Origin: a virus
Taxonomy: Duplodnaviria > Caudoviricetes
Virus record (IMG/VR): IMGVR_UViG_3300011336_000170
Span: 1-39,659 of that record
Length of the DNA: 39,659 nt
Direction: 5' to 3' (one strand)
Shown: piece after piece, positions 34,579-39,659 of the stretch
Numbering within the stretch: position 1 is the stretch's first letter
Layout of the letters: every line of letters starts with the position of its first letter
Translations under genes and position numbers: made by a program
Notes under the pieces: model-generated
The model's database searches: none
Seen by the model: only the letters and a program-made list of their open reading frames with translations
What the model was told of the DNA's origin: nothing

Positions 34579-35072
34579 GCAAAGATGAATACTTTTCGCA
34601 ATTGACTTTACTCGTTGCTCGACGGAGTACTTGTGCTAGGAGGAGTGTGGGCTGCGTTCTCGTATCTCATCGTGGGCATATTCTCGGTACTGGTTATAAC
34701 GGGGTGCCTCGTGGTCATACTCATTGCACTGACGTTCGCTGTCCCGGTGCTTCTCTTCCTTCGGGCACTGGCCTGGACGTATGTGAAGCTATTCATGCGG
34801 AACAAAACGCTCTCCTCCAATGTAAGGACGTTGAACAAATAGACACTGCCTACGTCACTGCTATGCCTTGCATGACTTGTACAAAGCTTTTGCTGAACAC
34901 AAGCTGCAGGCGCATAGTCTACGTTGAGCCATACCCTCACGACACTGCAAAACAACTCTGGATTAAAAATGGACGTATCATCCTATCAACCGCCGAAGCA
35001 CTTTCCCAACCTGTTAGTAGCAAAGAGGATCGCAATCGACTGCGAGACGCGCGACCCGAACTTAATGACTAA
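34566..35072 (+). CDS. dCMP deaminase family protein (168 aa)
   Basis: AAGGA RBS; 'RSTCARRSVG', 'TGYNG', Zn motifs 'HAEQNAL' and 'PCMTC'. Confidence 0.92.
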   Translation: MERIGKDEYFSQLTLLVARRSTCARRSVGCVLVSHRGHILGTGYNGVPRGHTHCTDVRCPGASLPSGTGLDVCEAIHAEQNALLQCKDVEQIDTAYVTAMPCMTCTKLLLNTSCRRIVYVEPYPHDTAKQLWIKNGRIILSTAEALSQPVSSKEDRNRLRDARPELND

Positions 35073-36831
35073 AGGACCTGGAGGAGTACGCAAAGATGGT
35101 TACATCGTGGGATTTTCTGTCGCAACTGATGATGGATTTGCTGAGTACTATCCTGTCCGTCATGCAGCAGGCGGGAACCTTAACCCTGACAACGCGTTTG
35201 CTTGGCTTCGTGATATGCTGAAGACAGACATTCCTAAGATTGGAGCCAACCTGCCCTACGACCTTGAATGGTTGTTGACAGAAGGCGTCAAGGTGGGAGG
35301 TCCTAAGTACGACGTGCAGATCGCGGAGCCTTTGCTTGATGAAGACCGCATCACCTACAAGCTTGATGCCCTGGCCCAGTCCTACCTTGGTGAGACAAAG
35401 GACGAGACAGAACTGATTGCTGCGGCTGTTCGCCGTGGTATCCACCCAAGCAAGGTCAAAGAAAACCTCTGGCAATTTCATGCTGCTGAGGTGGCACCAT
35501 ACGGGCGTAAGGATGCAGACCTGCCTATCCGCATCTTTGCCCAACAAGAAGTCTTGCTGCACGATGAGAAGCTGTGGGAAGTCTTTGAGATGGAGACGCA
35601 GTTAGTCGATGTGATTGTGGCCATGCGCCAGCGTGGGGTCCCAGTCGATCTTGACCGGGCCCACAAGGTCAAGGCACAACTACTTGATGAGCAAGGCAAG
35701 CTGACGGAGCAGCTCAAGAAGGTTGCAGAGCGGGATGTAGACATCTGGTCTGGTGACGATATACAGGCAGCCAGTGACGCATTGAAGCTGGATTACCCAA
35801 AGACTGAGAAGGGGAATGCTAGTTTTCCCAGTGAGTTTCTTGAAGCTAGTGAACATGAATTTTTCTCCTTAATATCCAGGATCCGGAAGCTTGACCGGGC
35901 TGGTGGAGTATTTATCGATAGCAAAATCATTCAGATGGAAAAAGATGGCAAAATTTACCCAACATTCAGACAGGTTCGTGACGATCGGGGTGGCACAAAG
36001 TCCGGGCGTTTTGCGTCGTCTAATCCGAACATGCAGCAAGTACCAGCTAGAGATCCAGTGCTGGCTCCTCTTATCAGAAGCATCTTTGTGCCTGAAGATG
36101 GGTGTCAGTGGGGGGTCTTCGATTACTCGCAGCAAGAGCCTCGTGTCACGGTTCATTACAGCTATCTGCGTAATTTTCCTGGTGCTGAGATTGCTCGCAA
36201 TAGGTATCTTGACGACCCTAACACTGACTATCATCAGCTCGTTGCTGATATGGCTGGAATCACTCGTAAAAACGCGAAGACGCTAAATCTAGGACTTGCC
36301 TACGGTATGGGAGCTGCTAAAGCGGCTACTCAACTAGGCCTGCCTCCAGCAGAAGCCAAGCGAGTCTACGAGCAATACCATGCCAACGTACCGTTCATTA
36401 AGGCGCTTGGCGAGGAATGCACGCGGGTTGCTACTAACAGGGGCTACGTTAAGACGTTCTTAGGTAGACGCAGACGGTTCCAGTTGTTTGGACCACCCAA
36501 ATACACACCAGGTCTGATCCCATTGAAGAAGGACTTGGCTGAGGAAAAGTACGGTCTGCCTTTGAAGCGTTACTTTGTCCACAAGGCCATGAACGCCGTC
36601 ATTCAAGGTTCGTCGGCAGACATGATCAAGATGGCCATGATCAACTTGTTCAAAAAAGGTGAAGTGCCTCATCTGACTATTCACGATGAATTGGACTTTA
36701 GCGTACGGGACTTGGATCACGCCAGATTGATCCGTCAGGAGATGTTGTCATGTGTAGACTTGGTCGTGCCATTAAAAGTAGATTGCGAGCTTGGACCCAA
36801 TTGGGGAGAAGCGGTGGAGGTGAAGCTATGA
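34969..36831 (+). CDS. polA: Family A DNA polymerase with 3'-5' exonuclease (620 aa)
   Basis: ExoI 'IDCET', ExoII 'N..YD', ExoIII 'YGRKD'; 'SGRFASSNPNMQQ', motif A 'DYSQQEPR', motif B 'RKNAKTLNLGLAYG', motif C 'IHDEL'. Exact start uncertain. Confidence 0.95.
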   Translation: MDVSSYQPPKHFPNLLVAKRIAIDCETRDPNLMTKGPGGVRKDGYIVGFSVATDDGFAEYYPVRHAAGGNLNPDNAFAWLRDMLKTDIPKIGANLPYDLEWLLTEGVKVGGPKYDVQIAEPLLDEDRITYKLDALAQSYLGETKDETELIAAAVRRGIHPSKVKENLWQFHAAEVAPYGRKDADLPIRIFAQQEVLLHDEKLWEVFEMETQLVDVIVAMRQRGVPVDLDRAHKVKAQLLDEQGKLTEQLKKVAERDVDIWSGDDIQAASDALKLDYPKTEKGNASFPSEFLEASEHEFFSLISRIRKLDRAGGVFIDSKIIQMEKDGKIYPTFRQVRDDRGGTKSGRFASSNPNMQQVPARDPVLAPLIRSIFVPEDGCQWGVFDYSQQEPRVTVHYSYLRNFPGAEIARNRYLDDPNTDYHQLVADMAGITRKNAKTLNLGLAYGMGAAKAATQLGLPPAEAKRVYEQYHANVPFIKALGEECTRVATNRGYVKTFLGRRRRFQLFGPPKYTPGLIPLKKDLAEEKYGLPLKRYFVHKAMNAVIQGSSADMIKMAMINLFKKGEVPHLTIHDELDFSVRDLDHARLIRQEMLSCVDLVVPLKVDCELGPNWGEAVEVKL

Positions 36832-37235
36832 AGGAAAGCCAGTTTTGGGCTCTGGTCAAGGGCAAGCTGCCTGGCCATGTTGAACGTGTTGAGAACGCCT
36901 TGACTAGAGGAACTCCAGACGTGAACATGTGCCACGACGGCAATGAGCTTTGGCTAGAGTTAAAAGTATTGGATGCCAAGAACAAATGTGAGTTACGCCC
37001 AGAACAGGTCCTATGGCACCGTAAGCGCCAAGAAAGCGGAGGACGTGTGTTTGTATTAGCTCGCAACGAAAGTGTCCTAAAAGTGCTCCAGATTCAGCGA
37101 GAGATGGACCTCTATGAGATCTGGGCGTGTAGCAAGCCATTTGATTGGGAATATATGAATAGCCTGCTTTTTAACGTGCCACCTTTTTGCACTGAGTATG
37201 TTGTGCGTCATGCACAAGTTGGAGGAAAACAATGA
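36828..37235 (+). CDS. PD-(D/E)xK nuclease, VRR-NUC / Holliday junction resolvase-like (135 aa)
   Basis: GGAGG RBS, ATGA overlap; 'MKES.FW', 'RVEN…GTPDV…WLELK…LRPEQ..W'. Confidence 0.85.
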   Translation: MKESQFWALVKGKLPGHVERVENALTRGTPDVNMCHDGNELWLELKVLDAKNKCELRPEQVLWHRKRQESGGRVFVLARNESVLKVLQIQREMDLYEIWACSKPFDWEYMNSLLFNVPPFCTEYVVRHAQVGGKQ

Positions 37236-37549
37236 CAGTCTATGTCGTACAAGAATCGCCGAAGTTTAACCTGCTGCCTGCCGCGGAGTATGGGGAACTT
37301 CAGACGTTGCTACCACCAGGGCAAGTGATGATGGCCACCGCGCCAACCATCCGTGTCCTGCGTGAGAAGCTTAGGAGTTTTTCGGACAGCGATTTTCTGC
37401 TGGCTATTGGTGACCCCATTGCCATTGGTATGTCCGTTGCAATTGCTGCTGGCTTTAACAGCGGCAAGATCAAGATGCTGAAATGGGATCGCCAGGAGCA
37501 TCGTTACTACGCCCTTGAGGCGGACCTTACAGGAGTCAGAAATGCTTGA
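37232..37549 (+). CDS. Conserved-type phage hypothetical protein (105 aa)
   Basis: GGAGG RBS, ATGA overlap; 'VYVVQE…A..YG', 'DFLLAIGDP', 'LKWDR'. Confidence 0.75.
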   Translation: MTVYVVQESPKFNLLPAAEYGELQTLLPPGQVMMATAPTIRVLREKLRSFSDSDFLLAIGDPIAIGMSVAIAAGFNSGKIKMLKWDRQEHRYYALEADLTGVRNA

Positions 37550-38090
37550 AGAAGAAATGATGGCTGACAGTCAGATGCCAACTGACCAAGGCTTAGGCAA
37601 GATCAGTACGCTTGCAGAAGAGTACACAGAACTTGATGATGAGATTAAGGATGTGGAAACGCATCTGAAACTTTTGAAAGAACGAGCAAAGAACATTGCT
37701 GAGAAGCAATTGCCTGATGCCATGGCAGAAATAGGTGTGGCAAAGTTTACGCTTACAGACGGTAGTGAAGTGACCGTCAAACCGTACTACAGCGCCAAGA
37801 TCAGTGACGAGAAACGTGACGAGTGCTTTGGCTGGTTGGAAGACCACGGCCACGAGGCGCTGATTAAAGACGAGGTAGTCCTGACATTCAATCGCGGTGA
37901 GCACGAGAAAGCCGAAGAGTTCAAAGCCCAGCTGCAAGAGCAAGGCATGGATTATTCCGGCAAGATGGGTGTTCATCCTCAGACTTTGACAGCATTTGTC
38001 AGAGAGCAAGTGGAAAGCGGAGCCGAATTCCCACTTGAACTTTTTAACGTGTACATCGGCCAAATTGCTAAAGTTAAAAGGAGCAAATGA
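37542..38090 (+). CDS. Phage replication-region hypothetical protein (182 aa)
   Basis: AGGAG RBS; coiled coil, 'LP.AM', 'WLEDHGH..LIK', 'VHPQTL.AFV.E'. Confidence 0.8.
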   Translation: MLEEEMMADSQMPTDQGLGKISTLAEEYTELDDEIKDVETHLKLLKERAKNIAEKQLPDAMAEIGVAKFTLTDGSEVTVKPYYSAKISDEKRDECFGWLEDHGHEALIKDEVVLTFNRGEHEKAEEFKAQLQEQGMDYSGKMGVHPQTLTAFVREQVESGAEFPLELFNVYIGQIAKVKRSK

Positions 38091-38857
38091 TGGTTAAGAA
38101 AACTGAAGTGGCTGTTAAGCAGCCAACCGCCCTTGTGGCATTTACTGACGACATGATGGCTGATGCCGGTCTCGGTTTTGAGAACGTGTCTGCTAACGAT
38201 GTCGCTATTCCGTACCTCAAGGTGCTGCAGGCTTTGTCACCTGAACTTCGCGGAGTCACCAAAGTTGCTGGGGCTGAAGAGGGTTTGATCATCAATACCG
38301 TTACAGGTGTCTTGATGAAAGAAATCCGCGTCATTCCTTGCGCATTCAAGAAGAGCTACGTTGAGTGGACTCCTCGTGAAGCTGGCGGCGGTTTGGTCAA
38401 AGAGTGGACTGATGAGAAGATCCTCGAGAAGACTAAGAAGAACGAACGCAATCAAGACGTCCTGTCTAATGGCAACTTGATTGTCACAACAGCTTATCAC
38501 TACGTGCTGATCTTATCAGAAGGTGGTTTTGAGCGCGCCTTGATCGCTATGTCTTCGACACAGTTGAAGAAGTCGCGTCGCTGGCTCGGTCAGATGATGG
38601 CCTTACAAGTTAAGGTTGGCGACAAGTCATTTACACCTCCCCCATTCAGCCACAGCTATCACTTGGGCACTGGCATGGAGACTAAGGATGCCAACAGCTG
38701 GTATGGTTGGTTGATCAACGATCCAAGCATGGTTCAAGACCGTGGCATCTACGACGCAGCCAAGAAGTTTGGCCAAGACGTGACCGCCGGCATTGTCAAA
38801 GTTGCGGCCCCGCCTGAAGATGGCGTGGCTACCGATGAAGACGACGTGCCGTATTGA
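38087..38857 (+). CDS. Putative single-stranded DNA-binding / annealing protein (256 aa)
   Basis: AGGAG RBS; 'IPYLKVLQALSP', 'YVEW', 'MSSTQLKKSRRW'; acidic aromatic-ending tail 'DEDDVPY' typical of SSBs. Confidence 0.65.
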   Translation: MMVKKTEVAVKQPTALVAFTDDMMADAGLGFENVSANDVAIPYLKVLQALSPELRGVTKVAGAEEGLIINTVTGVLMKEIRVIPCAFKKSYVEWTPREAGGGLVKEWTDEKILEKTKKNERNQDVLSNGNLIVTTAYHYVLILSEGGFERALIAMSSTQLKKSRRWLGQMMALQVKVGDKSFTPPPFSHSYHLGTGMETKDANSWYGWLINDPSMVQDRGIYDAAKKFGQDVTAGIVKVAAPPEDGVATDEDDVPY

Positions 38858-38868
38858 TCGGACAAGTC

Positions 38869-39054
38869 ATGAGTAACAAGAATCCATCGGCTACTAAAAA
38901 AGGCCCTGGTCGTTACCACAAGCAGGGGGTTACAAAGGGCAAGGCGTCAAAGTCTAGCTACCGGCCCTCTGCGGCAAAGACTAAGGTTAAGGTTGCAGCG
39001 CAGACAGACCACGTGACTAACAGTCCGTTGAAAGCTGCGACGCGAGGCGGTTAA
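38869..39054 (+). CDS. Small basic hypothetical protein (61 aa)
   Basis: Fills the gap between the SSB-like gene and a hairpin; Lys-rich; start uncertain (TTG 38854 or ATG 38869). Confidence 0.5.
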   Translation: MSNKNPSATKKGPGRYHKQGVTKGKASKSSYRPSAAKTKVKVAAQTDHVTNSPLKAATRGG

Positions 39055-39058
39055 GTCA

Positions 39059-39080
39059 GGGGCGGCCTAGGCCGCTCCCC
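39059..39080 (+). other. GC-rich palindrome/hairpin upstream of the primase gene
   Basis: GCGGCCTAGGCCGC perfect palindrome (39062-39075) flanked by G and C runs; no U-tract on the + strand. Confidence 0.5.
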
Positions 39081-39105
39081 CAATCAACAACAACGAGAAA
39101 GAAAT

Positions 39106-39659
39106 ATGCTTGCACAAAGATTCATGGCGCTATTTTCCGGGCATACGGGTGCTTACGGGACCTATGACATCGATGGCAAGAATACTGGTCTAAAGGTTCA
39201 AGGGACAGCTATCACAAAGAGGGCGCCGGTAACGGAGCAACTATGGGATGGCCACCTAGCCGGAACAAAAGGGATCGGTATTGTGCCAATCAGGGAGGAC
39301 AACACATGCCTCTTTGGTGCGATTGACATTGACGAATACAAGAATTTTGACCTTAAGGATGCAGTTGACGCTTGCGCAAAGGCAAAGGCTCCAGTAGTCG
39401 TATGCCGTAGCAAGTCTGGCGGGGCCCACATCTACATGTTCTTCAGCGAGCCAATCCCGGCAGCTGATGTAAAACGAAAGCTCGGTGAGTTGGCTAGCGT
39501 GATCGGCCATCCAAGTTGCGAGATCTTTCCAAAACAAGATCAAGTGTTGTCTGAACGTGGCGACGTCGGCAACTGGATCAATATGCCTTACTTCGAAGGC
39601 GATCAAACATCCAGATATGGGGTTGCTGAAAACGGCGGCCCGGTACAGATCAACGACTT
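39106..39659 (+). CDS. Archaeo-eukaryotic primase domain protein (TOTE-type AEP), truncated by the window end
   Basis: Translated by hand from ATG 39106: 'W.GHL.G..GIG', 'GAIDID.Y', 'RSKSGGAH.Y.F', 'EIFPKQ', 'GNWINMPY'; no stop before the edge, so absent from the ORF track. Confidence 0.85.
   Translation, partial: MLAQRFMALFSGHTGAYGTYDIDGKNTGLKVQGTAITKRAPVTEQLWDGHLAGTKGIGIVPIREDNTCLFGAIDIDEYKNFDLKDAVDACAKAKAPVVVCRSKSGGAHIYMFFSEPIPAADVKRKLGELASVIGHPSCEIFPKQDQVLSERGDVGNWINMPYFEGDQTSRYGVAENGGPVQIND

Noticed and set aside
17252-37541. Longer upstream starts given by the ORF track (17252, 17422, 30491, 33658, 34512, 34924, 36750, 37515; also 950 and 1230)
   Set aside because: Downstream ATGs with RBS or stop/start coupling fit better and avoid long overlaps.
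218-39606. All minus-strand ORFs in the track (e.g. 3443-4015, 11640-12191, 31655-32272, 30377-30685)
   Set aside because: They shadow well-supported plus-strand genes and show no recognisable motifs.
1-39659. Stop-codon recoding, introns/inteins, integrase/att sites, tRNA genes
   Set aside because: Genes are intact in the standard code with TAA, TGA and TAG all used as stops; the polymerase and TS are uninterrupted; no integrase motifs or cloverleaf seen in the few intergenic gaps.

Overview
A ~39.7 kb piece of a tailed dsDNA bacteriophage genome. It looks podovirus-like, resembling uncultured freshwater phages of Proteobacteria; the host is inferred, not shown. All supported genes are on the + strand and tightly packed. 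1-30206 is the late/virion module: small basic head proteins, adaptor, several tail fibres including a Gly-rich/LamG/SPRY protein, a holin-M15 endolysin lysis cassette, tail tube/stabilisation proteins and four large internal (ejected) proteins. An acyl carrier protein, a Cys-His-His ketosynthase and a candidate acyltransferase are inserted between the tail stabilisation gene and the ejection-protein genes. This is my lead candidate for an undescribed system: phage-encoded acylation of virion/ejection proteins. A short (F/Y/M/L)-(A/K)-x-G-G motif recurs about 17 times across six virion ORFs and may be a cleavage or packaging tag. An AT-rich 317-nt spacer with a perfect 17-bp inverted repeat separates this from the early/replication module (30524-end). 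That module has DUF932, then a nucleotide-modification cluster: SAM methyltransferase, MazG-like pyrophosphatase, dNMP kinase fused to a UDG-like domain, thymidylate-synthase homologue with the dCMP-type Asp, and a CMP/dCMP deaminase. It continues with an L762 family A DNA polymerase, a PD-(D/E)xK nuclease, an SSB-like protein and a truncated AEP primase. I recognised no integrase, tRNA, rRNA or CRISPR array. All family calls are by motif recognition, not database search.
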